Assembly (NCBI GenBank): GCA_029262755.1
Contig: JAJCYU010000315.1
Location: 1-34,398 of the forward strand
Direction: 5' to 3'
Source: Anaerolineae bacterium
GTDB lineage: Bacteria > Chloroflexota > Anaerolineae > Epilineales > Epilineaceae
DNA length: 34,398 nt
The notes under the pieces were generated by a model. That model saw only the letters and a program-made list of their open reading frames with translations, was not told where the DNA came from and ran no database searches. The position numbers and the translations under genes are program-made. Every line of letters begins with the position of its first letter. The first letter of the stretch is position 1. Positions 1-8,750 of the stretch are shown in pieces.

Positions 1-2070
1 CCCCTCGATGCGGTACGCGACCCTGCGCTCGTGTCGTCCGCCGTGGCCGCCGCGATGGGTCTGCGCGAAGGCGGCGGATCGTTGGGCGAGGAGATCGCCG
101 CGGCGCTGGGCACCCGCGCGATGCTCCTGGTGATCGACAACGTGGAGCACGTAGCGGAGGCCGCCCCGTGGCTCGCCGGCCTGCTGGAGCGCTGCCCGCA
201 CCTAGCCGTGCTGGCGACCAGCCGGGTGCGGCTCGACGTGCGCGCCGAGCATCTGCTGCCGCTGACGCCGCTCGATGTCCCTTCGGAGGACGCTGCGTCC
301 TTCGCGGAGGCAGCCCACAGTCCCGCCGTCGCGCTCTTCGTTGCCCGTGCGCGCGCGGTGCGGCCCGACTTTGTCTTGAACGAGGCCAATGCCGACGCGG
401 TCGCGGCGATCTGCCGGAAACTCGACGGGTTGCCGCTCGCGCTCGAGCTGGCCGCGGCACGCGTGGCACTCCTGCCGCCCACCGCGCTGCTGGACCGCCT
501 GGCACAGCCGCTCGCCCAATTGGCGGGCGGAGGTGACCGGCCGGAGCGCCATCAAACAATGCGCGCCACGATCGCCTGGAGCCACGAGCTGCTGGACGAC
601 GAAGCGCGCGTCCTCTTTCGGCGGCTCGCCGTATTCCGGGGCGGCTTCACGCTGGAGGCGATGGACGAGGTCTGTGGCCCGCAGGAGACTGTGGGGGACG
701 AGGTGGCCGTGGGGTATGCGAGCTCGACGAAAATCGACCTCCTGCCCGCGCTTACGGCGTTGGTGGACGGCAGCCTCGTCCGATCGCTGCCGCTCGTGGA
801 CGGCGTTGGCGAGCCCCGCTTCGCGATGCTGGGCACCGTAGCCGCATTCGCCCGCGAGCAACTGGACGCCGGTGGTGAGCTACGTTCGATCGCGGCGCGC
901 TACGTCGCCCACTACCGAGCGCTTGCCCAGGCGGCGCGCGCAGCGTTGGTCGGAACAGAGAGCGCGGCGGCGCTCGCCAGCCTCGACGCGGAACAAGACA
1001 ACGTGCGTGCGTCCCTACAACTTGCCGCTGAGATGAGCATGGCGCAGGAAGGCGTGCTGCTCGCAGGCGCCGTGTGGCGGTGGTGGTACCTGCGCGGGCG
1101 TTTGCACGAGGGGCGCGTGCACCTGGAGCGCGCGCTGGCGGCGGTGGGTGATGTGCCGGCTTCCGCGCGCGCGCAGGCCGAGACCGGTGCGGGCGTGCTT
1201 GCCTGGAGTCAAGGGGATTTCACGGCTGCCGAGGCCCACCATCGCGCCGCGCTGGCGTCGCACGGACCCCAAGGCCCCGTCGCTGCACGGGCTGCGGTGC
1301 TGAACAACCTGGCGATCCTGGAGATGGACCGCGGCGACCACGATGCAGCGCGCGATCTGCTCTCCCAGGCCCGCGCGCTGCTGGAGGCGAGCGGCGACAA
1401 TGTGGCCCTGGCCGGCATCCTGCACAGCCTTGGTGCTCTGGAGGGCGGCATGGGCGACAACCGAGCTGCGCAGGGTCACTTCGAGACCAGCCTTGCGCTG
1501 CACCGCGGCGCGGGAAACACGGAGTCCGTCGTCTCAGCGCTGCACAATCTCGCCGAAATCGACCTCGCCCTTGGCGACACCGCGGCCGCCCGAAGGCGGA
1601 TCGACGATGCGCTCGTGCTGGTCGGGCCACTCGGCGATCGGGCTTCCCAATCTGCCCTTGCCCACCTGCTGGGCCTGGTCGATCTCGCGGAGGGAGAACT
1701 CGAGCCCGCGCGCATCCATGTGAGCGAGTCGCTTCGGCTACGCATGGAGATGGGAGAGCGCCGCGGGATCAGCCGCTCCCTCGTGACGCTCGCCGTTCTT
1801 GCCGTCCGGGACGGCGAGCCCTTACGGGCCGCGCGCCTCCTCGGTGCGGCCGAGGCCCTTCGTGAGAAGCTCGGCGCCTCGTGGTCCAAACCGGAGGCCG
1901 CGGAACTCGCGACCGCGATAGACGCGGCACGCGCGGCGGGCGGCACCGAAGCCTTCGACGTTGCGTGGCACGAGGGCGCCGAGACCGACCTGGTTGCGCT
2001 CGCGAACGCTGCGGCCGGTCACGAGGCTGGTGAAGCCCGGCCGATGCGCGAGGTTCAGTCCGGCCGATGA
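1..2070 (+). CDS. STAND/NB-ARC-type ATPase with TPR repeats (COG3903-like), 5'-partial
   Basis: Frame is open from base 1 (PLDAVRDPALVSS...). Walker B LLVIDNVEH, LATSR, LDGLPLALELAAAR and FRRLAVFRGGFTLE motifs, then TPR-like helices (AVLNNLA, ILHSLG, ALHNLA). No C-terminal LuxR HTH. Walker A and the N-terminal domain lie outside the window. Confidence 0.9.
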   Translation, partial: PLDAVRDPALVSSAVAAAMGLREGGGSLGEEIAAALGTRAMLLVIDNVEHVAEAAPWLAGLLERCPHLAVLATSRVRLDVRAEHLLPLTPLDVPSEDAASFAEAAHSPAVALFVARARAVRPDFVLNEANADAVAAICRKLDGLPLALELAAARVALLPPTALLDRLAQPLAQLAGGGDRPERHQTMRATIAWSHELLDDEARVLFRRLAVFRGGFTLEAMDEVCGPQETVGDEVAVGYASSTKIDLLPALTALVDGSLVRSLPLVDGVGEPRFAMLGTVAAFAREQLDAGGELRSIAARYVAHYRALAQAARAALVGTESAAALASLDAEQDNVRASLQLAAEMSMAQEGVLLAGAVWRWWYLRGRLHEGRVHLERALAAVGDVPASARAQAETGAGVLAWSQGDFTAAEAHHRAALASHGPQGPVAARAAVLNNLAILEMDRGDHDAARDLLSQARALLEASGDNVALAGILHSLGALEGGMGDNRAAQGHFETSLALHRGAGNTESVVSALHNLAEIDLALGDTAAARRRIDDALVLVGPLGDRASQSALAHLLGLVDLAEGELEPARIHVSESLRLRMEMGERRGISRSLVTLAVLAVRDGEPLRAARLLGAAEALREKLGASWSKPEAAELATAIDAARAAGGTEAFDVAWHEGAETDLVALANAAAGHEAGEARPMREVQSGR

Positions 2071-2117
2071 ACGAGGGTAGGTGACGGTGGCGGCGCCGGA
2101 CGGAAGCGGCATCTCCG

Positions 2118-3722
2118 CTACGGCACCGTGGCCGTTGCAGCGCGCCCGATCGCGCCCTCAACCTCTGTCCGCAGCGCCTCTGGATCATGCCGAACGCCCC
2201 CCTGCATTACCCATTCGACCCGCGCTACGTCGGCGATATCCACGCTCGGATCGCCCCCGACGACCATGAGGTCCGCGCGCCGACCGGCCTCGATCGCGCC
2301 GCGGTCGTCCAGCCCGAGCGCGCGCGCCGCGTCTACGGTGGCCGCTTGAATCGCGGCGAGCGGCGTCAGGCCTGCGTCCACCAGATGGGCGAGCTCGCGG
2401 TGAAGGCCGGCGCCCGGCACGATGAGCGGATAGACCGGATCGGTGCCGGCCAGCACGATCCCGCCGCCCTCGTGGATGCGGCGCACGAATTCCGATTGCA
2501 CCGCAAGCGCGTCCGCCACGCATGCCCCGCTCGCCTCGCGGTAGTCGGCCGTGCGCGCCAGCACGCCTTTGCGCGCCTCGGGCGCCACGAAGCGTAGCCA
2601 TTCGTCGTCCACCGGTATCGCATCCGCCATGGACTGCGCATAGACCGTAAATGTGGGCACGATGGGCGTCCGGCTCTCGAGAATCGCGTCCACGAGCGCG
2701 CCGACCTCGGGTCCATCGGGGTCGAGCTCGGCGATGGCGCAGGTCTGCCGATCGAGGGCGTACAAGCCCGGCCACAGTTCCGGCGCCGCGAAGACGCCGT
2801 GCTCAAGCCGGTCGATGCCCAACGCGAGCGCCTCCGCCACCGTCGTGCTGCCGAGGTGGCCGGTGACGCGCAGACCGTCGGCGTGGGCGGCGTCGATCAG
2901 GCGGCCCAAGGCTTCCGGCCCGACCTGCGAGTAAACCTTCACGCCGTCGATGCGGTCGCGCCAGCGCTCGTAGCGCCGAACCAGCAGCTCGCCGCCGCCG
3001 GCTCCGTCGAAGAAGGGCCCGGCCGTGAGCACCCGCGGACCGGGCTCGTCGCCGCGCGCGATCGCGTCGCGGGCCGCGATCGCGGCCTCCGGTTCCCACT
3101 CGCCCGGCGCAAACACGGTGGTGACCCCGCCCGCGAGATAGAGGCGCGGGTAGGCGTCCAGGAAAGCGTAACCGTTGCCCGAGAGTCCGAACAAATGTCC
3201 ATGCACGTCGATGAGCCCGGGCAAGACCGTGCGCCCGGCCAAGTCGATGCGCTCTGCGCCCGGCGGCGGCTCCACGTCGGGCCCCGCCGCCACGATCCGG
3301 TCGCCGCGGATCACGAGGGTCCACCCTTCACGCGGGGCGTCGTGCGAGCCGTCGATGACCCGCGCGCCGACCAGGGCGATCTCGCGATCCGGCGGGACGA
3401 GGAACGGACCGCGGACGGCCGGTGTGGGTCGCGCCGCGGGACGGCGCAGCGCGAGGGCCACAGGTCGATCGATACGAACCGTGGGTGACGGTTCGGCGGC
3501 TGCCGCCGGCGATTCGCCTTCACCCCCAGGCGACGGTTCGGCGACCGAAGCGGGAGTACCGTCAGCCACGTTCGTCGCCTCGGTGAGGCCGGACGCCGGC
3601 CCGTCCGGCGCGCAGCCTGCGACGAGCACGGCAGCGGCGACGGAATAGGCGACGGCGACGGCGCGGAGAGCGTCGCGGCGGAACCGGCATGCGACGGGAA
3701 GGCGGCGTGGAATCACGGGCAT
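2118..3722 (-). CDS. Amidohydrolase family protein (imidazolonepropionase-like), probable lipoprotein
   Basis: PGLIDVHGH metal-binding motif, GGVTT, VTGH, LEHG, AGTD and G-x-I-x-x-G-x-x-ADL motifs. N-terminal hydrophobic stretch with lipobox-like VAG-C and a Pro/Ala/Ser linker. Start codon uncertain. Confidence 0.88.
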   Translation of the reverse strand: MPVIPRRLPVACRFRRDALRAVAVAYSVAAAVLVAGCAPDGPASGLTEATNVADGTPASVAEPSPGGEGESPAAAAEPSPTVRIDRPVALALRRPAARPTPAVRGPFLVPPDREIALVGARVIDGSHDAPREGWTLVIRGDRIVAAGPDVEPPPGAERIDLAGRTVLPGLIDVHGHLFGLSGNGYAFLDAYPRLYLAGGVTTVFAPGEWEPEAAIAARDAIARGDEPGPRVLTAGPFFDGAGGGELLVRRYERWRDRIDGVKVYSQVGPEALGRLIDAAHADGLRVTGHLGSTTVAEALALGIDRLEHGVFAAPELWPGLYALDRQTCAIAELDPDGPEVGALVDAILESRTPIVPTFTVYAQSMADAIPVDDEWLRFVAPEARKGVLARTADYREASGACVADALAVQSEFVRRIHEGGGIVLAGTDPVYPLIVPGAGLHRELAHLVDAGLTPLAAIQAATVDAARALGLDDRGAIEAGRRADLMVVGGDPSVDIADVARVEWVMQGGVRHDPEALRTEVEGAIGRAATATVP

Positions 3723-3764
3723 CGGCCTTGGCTCTGATCGGCCGGAACGCCGACGGCGCCCGGC

Positions 3765-4151
3765 CTAAAACATCGTGTTCTCGTTTGCAGCGTGCTCCGG
3801 CACGATCTGCAGCACGTCCCAATGCTCCACGACCTTGCCGTTCTCGTCGAGGCGGAAGATGTCGATGCCGGCATAGTCCTGGTCGCCGGGCCACTCTTGA
3901 TGGCAGTGCAACACGACGAGGTTGCCCTCCGCGATCGCACGCTTGAAGTGCACGCGCTTGCCCGGGTACTCCGCGGCCATCCGCTCGAAATAGTCGATGA
4001 AGGCCTGCTTGCCATCGGCGACCTCGCTATTGTGCTGGATGTCCTCGTCGCCGACGTACCGCTCTACCGCTTCCGCGGGCCGACATTGGTTGAACATCAG
4101 ATCGTAGAAGGCTTTGCATGTGGCTTTGTTGCGTTCGAGCCGTTCTTCCAA
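3765..4151 (-). CDS. SnoaL-like / NTF2-fold (ester cyclase family) protein
   Basis: 128 aa with NK...[22 protein letters not shown] and [20 protein letters not shown] start with AGGGAG Shine-Dalgarno upstream. Confidence 0.9.
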   Translation of the reverse strand: MEERLERNKATCKAFYDLMFNQCRPAEAVERYVGDEDIQHNSEVADGKQAFIDYFERMAAEYPGKRVHFKRAIAEGNLVVLHCHQEWPGDQDYAGIDIFRLDENGKVVEHWDVLQIVPEHAANENTMF

Positions 4152-4286
4152 GGTCTAGGACTCCCTTTAGCAAGACGGCACCGCGAGCGCGGCCCGATTC
4201 GATGGGTGATCATTTGCTGCGCGGCCCGTGATTGTACGCCACCGGTCTCGCACCGACCGGCCGTGGTCGACCGCGCACCTGCGCGC

Positions 4287-4295
4287 TGGCATCCT
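4287..4295 (+). promoter_or_regulatory. Candidate extended -10 element (TGG-CATCCT) for a leaderless transcript of the TIR-STAND gene
   Basis: TG-n-CATCCT ends 6 nt before ATG 4302. No Shine-Dalgarno is visible. Confidence 0.35.
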
Positions 4296-4301
4296 TGGCC
4301 C

Positions 4302-6971
4302 ATGATCCAAGGGTTCATCAGCTATTCCCATGCGGACACCGAGTTCGCGACGCGGTTGGCGGAGGCCCTGCCGGGGGTCGGGATCACGCCGTGGATCGAT
4401 CGCGACGGGATCCAGGGCGGCGCCCGATGGAGCACCGCGATCCAGGACGCGCTCGACGCGGCTGAGGTGCTCATCCTCGTCCTCTCACCGGATGCGATGG
4501 CGTCCACGAACGTCGAGGACGAGTGGCAGTACGCCCTGGACCAGGGCATCCCCGTGGTGCCCGTGCGATACCGCCCGACGAAGGTGCATTTCCAACTCGG
4601 GCGCTTGCAGTACGTGGACTTTCACGACCAGCCCTTCGATGCTGCGATCCCCGTGTTGGTCGCCGGCGTGCGCAGCGCCATCGGCGCCGCAAACGGAGCG
4701 GAGGGCGAAGACGCGGCGCCCGCCGTCACGCCCGTCGCGCTGCCCTCGGCACCGCGTCACAACCTGCCCCACCCGACCACCGCCTTGGTTGGTCGCGAAA
4801 CCGCCTTGGCCGATCTTGCCGTCGCACTCACGGAGCACCGGATCGTCACCCTCACCGGCGCGGGCGGCTCCGGCAAGACGCGCCTGGCCCTCCAGGCCGC
4901 CACAGACGGGCTCGATGACTTCGCTGACGGCGCCTGGTTCGCGGATCTGTCCGCGCTCGAGGATGACGCGCAGGTCGCCGGGGCGGTGGCCCTCGCGGTG
5001 GGGCTGCGCGAGTCGGGGGCGCAGGGAATGCGTGACGTGCTGCTGGAGCACGTGGCATCGCGTGCGCTGTTGCTGGTACTCGACAACTGCGAGCACGTCG
5101 TGGCCGGCGTGGCCGCGCTCGCCGAAGACCTGCTGCGCGCAGCGCCAAACGCACGCGTGCTGGCCACGAGCCGCGAGCCGCTGCGTATCCATGGCGAGCG
5201 GGTCATGCCCGTGCCGCCCCTGTCGCTACCGGATCCGGCCGATGCCGCCGATCCCGCGCGAGTCGCCGACCACGCGGCGGTGCGGCTGTTCACGGACCGT
5301 GCGCGGGAGGTGAAACCCGGCTTCGAACTGGACGAATCGAATGCGCTCGACGTCGTGCAGCTGGTTCGCCGCCTCGACGGTATCCCCTTAGCCATCGAGC
5401 TGGCGGCGGCTCGGGTGCGGATGATGGCGCCTTCGGCGATCCTTCAACGGCTGGACCAGCGCTTCAAGCTCCTGACCGGCGGCAGCCGGACGGCGCATGG
5501 CCGCCAACGGACGCTGGAGGGAGCCGTCGACTGGAGTCACGATCTCTTGGAGCCGGCGGAGCGCCAAGTGTTTCGGCGTCTGGCGGTTTTCCGCGGCGGG
5601 TGGACGCTCGAAGACGCCGAGGTCGTGGCTGCGGACGATAGCCTGGAATCGTGGGAGGTGCTCGACCTGCTGGCGGGTCTCGTGGACAAGTCCTTGGTGG
5701 AGGTGGAGGAGCGGGCCACGGGTCAGCGCTATCGCTACCTCGAGACGATCCGCCACTACGCGGCGCAGAAGCTGGACGACTCGCCCGACGTCGAGGACAC
5801 GGTTCGCCGCCACGTGGCCTGTGTCGTGGCCCATGTCCAAAACCATGCAACCGAACAAGGCCGAGCCGAGGTCGATGAGCTCATTCGCTGGGCTGCGGAC
5901 GAGCACGAGAACATCCGCGCGGCCTTCCGCCGAAGCGCAGAGAGCGGGGACGCGGCTTCCGGCCGTGCCCTGGCGGAAGGATTGGGCTGGGCCTTCTACG
6001 CTCGCGGGCTATTGGCGGAGGGTCGAGAGCTGCTCGAAGGAGTCCTTGCCATTCCTGGTGCCGCGGACGGCTCCAAGGACCACGCCGTCGTGCTCTTCCA
6101 CCTGGGAACCCTGGCCAACCACCAAGGAGACCACGCGAGCGCGCGGCACCTCATGGAGGAGGCGATGGGGATCTTCGCGGCTCTCGGTGACGACGACAAA
6201 GTGGCACGCGTGCAGATCAACCTCGGCATCACGGAGATCCTGTGCGGCGAATTGGTGGCGGCGCAGGAACGACTTGAATCGGCGCGCGCGGTGATGGGTG
6301 ACACCTACACCATTCTCAGCAACCTCGGCATGGTGGCCGAGCGCAGCGGGGAAAGCGAGCTGGCGATCGAGCGCTTCAAAGCGGCCCTGGAGCTCGCGCG
6401 TTCCGGCGGGAAGGCCTGGGAGATCGGCCATGCCGCCGGCAACCTAGGCAGCCTCCTGCGCCTGGCGGGGCGACTCTCTGAGGCGCGAGCGCTCTTGGAG
6501 GAGAGCCTCGCCGCAAAGCGCGGACTGGACGCCGCCCCGATGATGGTCTTCGCGCTGACCCATCTCGGACACGTCGCGATCGACGAGGAGGCCGTCGATG
6601 AGGCCTTCGCGCACCTGGCCGAGGCAACCCGACTCGCGAACACCATCGGGGAGCCCGCGCACCTCGTGGAGCTCGCGTACGCCGCCGCACGCCTGGCGCG
6701 CCTGGTGTCTTCGGCCGAGCACGTGGCCGAGCTACTGGGTGCCGGGGACCAACTCCGACAGGGACTCGGCACCCCCGAATCCGCCGCGAACGTCGGGGAG
6801 CGCGAACGCGTCGAAGGCTGGGCCCGCGCACAACGCGGCGAGAGCGACTACGAGGCCGACTACGCGCGCGGCGCCCGGGCCGGCCTTGTGACGGTGGAGA
6901 GCGCGATGACGGCTATGGCGGAGTTGTCTGCCACAGGCAGCGATTATGGGCCCAATACTCAGGCGCGGTAG
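4302..6971 (+). CDS. TIR domain + STAND/NB-ARC ATPase + TPR repeats (bacterial NLR-like protein), 889 aa
   Basis: Start placed at ATG 4302 (MIQGFISYSHAD); the upstream part of the 3792 ORF is antisense to the SnoaL gene. TIR motifs FISYSHAD, PWID, W...I..AL, LSP..MAS.NVEDEW, IPVVPV. HNLP...T.LVGR, Walker A GAGGSGKTRL, Walker B LLVLDNCEH, LDGIPLAIELAAAR. C-terminal TPR-like repeats. Confidence 0.92.
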   Translation: MIQGFISYSHADTEFATRLAEALPGVGITPWIDRDGIQGGARWSTAIQDALDAAEVLILVLSPDAMASTNVEDEWQYALDQGIPVVPVRYRPTKVHFQLGRLQYVDFHDQPFDAAIPVLVAGVRSAIGAANGAEGEDAAPAVTPVALPSAPRHNLPHPTTALVGRETALADLAVALTEHRIVTLTGAGGSGKTRLALQAATDGLDDFADGAWFADLSALEDDAQVAGAVALAVGLRESGAQGMRDVLLEHVASRALLLVLDNCEHVVAGVAALAEDLLRAAPNARVLATSREPLRIHGERVMPVPPLSLPDPADAADPARVADHAAVRLFTDRAREVKPGFELDESNALDVVQLVRRLDGIPLAIELAAARVRMMAPSAILQRLDQRFKLLTGGSRTAHGRQRTLEGAVDWSHDLLEPAERQVFRRLAVFRGGWTLEDAEVVAADDSLESWEVLDLLAGLVDKSLVEVEERATGQRYRYLETIRHYAAQKLDDSPDVEDTVRRHVACVVAHVQNHATEQGRAEVDELIRWAADEHENIRAAFRRSAESGDAASGRALAEGLGWAFYARGLLAEGRELLEGVLAIPGAADGSKDHAVVLFHLGTLANHQGDHASARHLMEEAMGIFAALGDDDKVARVQINLGITEILCGELVAAQERLESARAVMGDTYTILSNLGMVAERSGESELAIERFKAALELARSGGKAWEIGHAAGNLGSLLRLAGRLSEARALLEESLAAKRGLDAAPMMVFALTHLGHVAIDEEAVDEAFAHLAEATRLANTIGEPAHLVELAYAAARLARLVSSAEHVAELLGAGDQLRQGLGTPESAANVGERERVEGWARAQRGESDYEADYARGARAGLVTVESAMTAMAELSATGSDYGPNTQAR

Positions 6972-6989
6972 CCGTTGCGATACAACGGC
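6971..6989 (+). other. Stem-loop directly after the stop codon (possible 3' stabiliser or weak terminator)
   Basis: GCCGTTG-cgata-CAACGGC is a perfect 7-bp stem. No U-tract follows. Confidence 0.4.
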
Positions 6990-7196
6990 AAACCCGGTAG
7001 GGTCGATCGCGGGATAGCCAGGCGATGAATGCGGTTCGATTCGGCGGCACTTTCCCCCCAGGACCACGGGAATCATTCTCCGTGACGGTCGGCGTCGTAG
7101 CGAGCGCTTCGGGGCTCTGTGCTAGGGTGTAGGTAGAAGCAAGCACAACCTGTCTCCCGTATTTCAATCAGTTCCCGAGCCGAGGAGCGAATCGCT

Positions 7197-7454
7197 ATGG
7201 CCGACGCCTCAACCTCGCCCTCAAACGTCGTCCGATTGCCCGGTCTTGGCGTTGTGATGGCCGATCATGCAGCCAGCACCCTGACGCCGGGCTCGGCACT
7301 TACTGCCAAGGCCCTCGGCTTGGACCGTCCCCCGAAGCGCTCCGAGGACCGCTCGAAGCAGCGCCTGGATCGACGCCGCTTCGAGGCCTACGCCACCAGC
7401 CAAGTGGGCCGCCCCGATGTGCCGTGGGCCTGGAAGTACGACAGCGGAGCGTAG
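7197..7454 (+). CDS. Small hypothetical protein (85 aa)
   Basis: GAGGAG Shine-Dalgarno at 7182-7187 and mostly G/C-ending codons. No recognisable domain. Confidence 0.55.
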   Translation: MADASTSPSNVVRLPGLGVVMADHAASTLTPGSALTAKALGLDRPPKRSEDRSKQRLDRRRFEAYATSQVGRPDVPWAWKYDSGA

Positions 7455-7519
7455 GTGGGCGGGCGTGGATCGATGATGGCAGCGGGCGGGTAATAGCACT
7501 CGGCGGCGCCGGTCGCCGG

Positions 7520-7740
7520 GGGCCGCTAAGGCCGTTGAACTCGATGTACTGGGTCTTCTGGACGAAGTTGCCTTCGCTGTGCGCCACATCGGGGACCGAT
7601 GTGAATGCGCGCGATGGATCGAATGGTCACGAAGTCATCCTCATGGTGTGATCTCCCGAACGAAGTCGACGATCTCTGCGACCGTGCGTCGACGATTCAC
7701 GGTGCCGTGTTGGGCCACGATGCCCGAGCGCCTGGCTAGT
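7520..7740 (-). pseudogene. Possible frameshifted gene remnant
   Basis: Three consecutive minus-strand segments with coding-like G/C-ending codons lie in three frames (..TVAEIVDFVREI / HHEDDFVTIRSIARIHIGP / DVAHSEGNFVQKTQYIEFNGLSG) and can be joined by two single-base shifts. Family not recognised. Confidence 0.25.
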
Positions 7741-7936
7741 CGCGATGCATTCTGGCACTCTCCGCAGCCATGACACGCGCATCCATCCGCTACAACCACG
7801 TGTGCCAAGCCTTCGCGTCGCCCGTCGCGCAGGATCTGCCTGCGTCGGGCGTGCGGCCGAGGAACGACAAAGGGCCGCGCGCCAGGGCGGCCGCTGCGTC
7901 GGCGGGCGATCTGCGGCCACACCGGCCCAAGCCACG

Positions 7937-8734
7937 TTGAAGCCCCTCACCTTCGACGCAGACCGGCTCGCGCGCAAGTCGCCCTCCGGCATCGACGTCG
8001 ACACCTCGCTGCTCCACTTCAGCATCATCACCTACTTCATCGATCCGCAGGCCGCGCGTGAATTGATCCACCCCCGCTTCGACCTACTGACGATTCCCCA
8101 TGGTGAAGGGGAAGCCGGGTTGTTGTCGGTGGTGCCGTTCGTGGACCGGGACTTTCGCTTCGCACGGTTCCCCTGGCCGACGTGGGCGTTCGCGCAGACG
8201 AACTACCGGATCTATGTCGTCGATCGCGAGACGGGCGAGCACGCCGTCTGGTTCCTCGGGACGTCGCTCGACTCGATCTCCGTCACGATCCCGCGCTACC
8301 TGTGGAAGCTGCCCTGGCATCGCGCGCACATCGAATTCGACTGCACGTTCGACCAGAGCGCTTCACGGTACGAACGCTACCGGATGACCGCGTCGAATAG
8401 CTGGGCCGACGCGGATGTCGAGCTCCACGACACCGGCGAGGCCCCGAAGCAGCTCCGCGGCTTCGACGATCTCGAGACCGGCATGATCGTGCTGACGCAT
8501 CCGAGCCTCGGCTATTACTACCGCCGCGACGGCCGACTCGGCTCCTACTCCATCTGGCACGAGCGGCTGAAGGCAACCGTGGGAACGGTTCAGAACGCGC
8601 GCTTCGACCTGATCGACAGCCTCGGGCTGGCGTCCAGTGGCGACGCATCGGCCGTGCACAGCGTGTTGCTGCAGCACGAGGTGGACTTCACGATCTACCT
8701 GCCGCCGTTGTTGATGAATTCGGAGCGCGGATGA
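7937..8734 (+). CDS. DUF2071 (YqjF-like) family protein
   Basis: HFSIITY..DP, LLSVVPF, F.QTNYRIYV, AVWFLG..LDS, PRYLWKLPWH, LTHP..GYY and YSIWH pattern. Start TTG 7937 inferred; the ORF track start at 7745 looks over-extended. Confidence 0.78.
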   Translation: MKPLTFDADRLARKSPSGIDVDTSLLHFSIITYFIDPQAARELIHPRFDLLTIPHGEGEAGLLSVVPFVDRDFRFARFPWPTWAFAQTNYRIYVVDRETGEHAVWFLGTSLDSISVTIPRYLWKLPWHRAHIEFDCTFDQSASRYERYRMTASNSWADADVELHDTGEAPKQLRGFDDLETGMIVLTHPSLGYYYRRDGRLGSYSIWHERLKATVGTVQNARFDLIDSLGLASSGDASAVHSVLLQHEVDFTIYLPPLLMNSERG

Positions 8735-8750
8735 CTCCGCATCCGTTGTT

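Noticed and set aside
3792..4301. N-terminal 170 aa of the 1059-aa ORF
   Set aside because: It is antisense to the well-supported SnoaL gene, and TIR homology begins at ATG 4302.
7031..7060. GGTTCGATTC T-loop-like motif suggesting a tRNA or att remnant
   Set aside because: The flanks do not form a T stem, and no cloverleaf or acceptor stem can be built.
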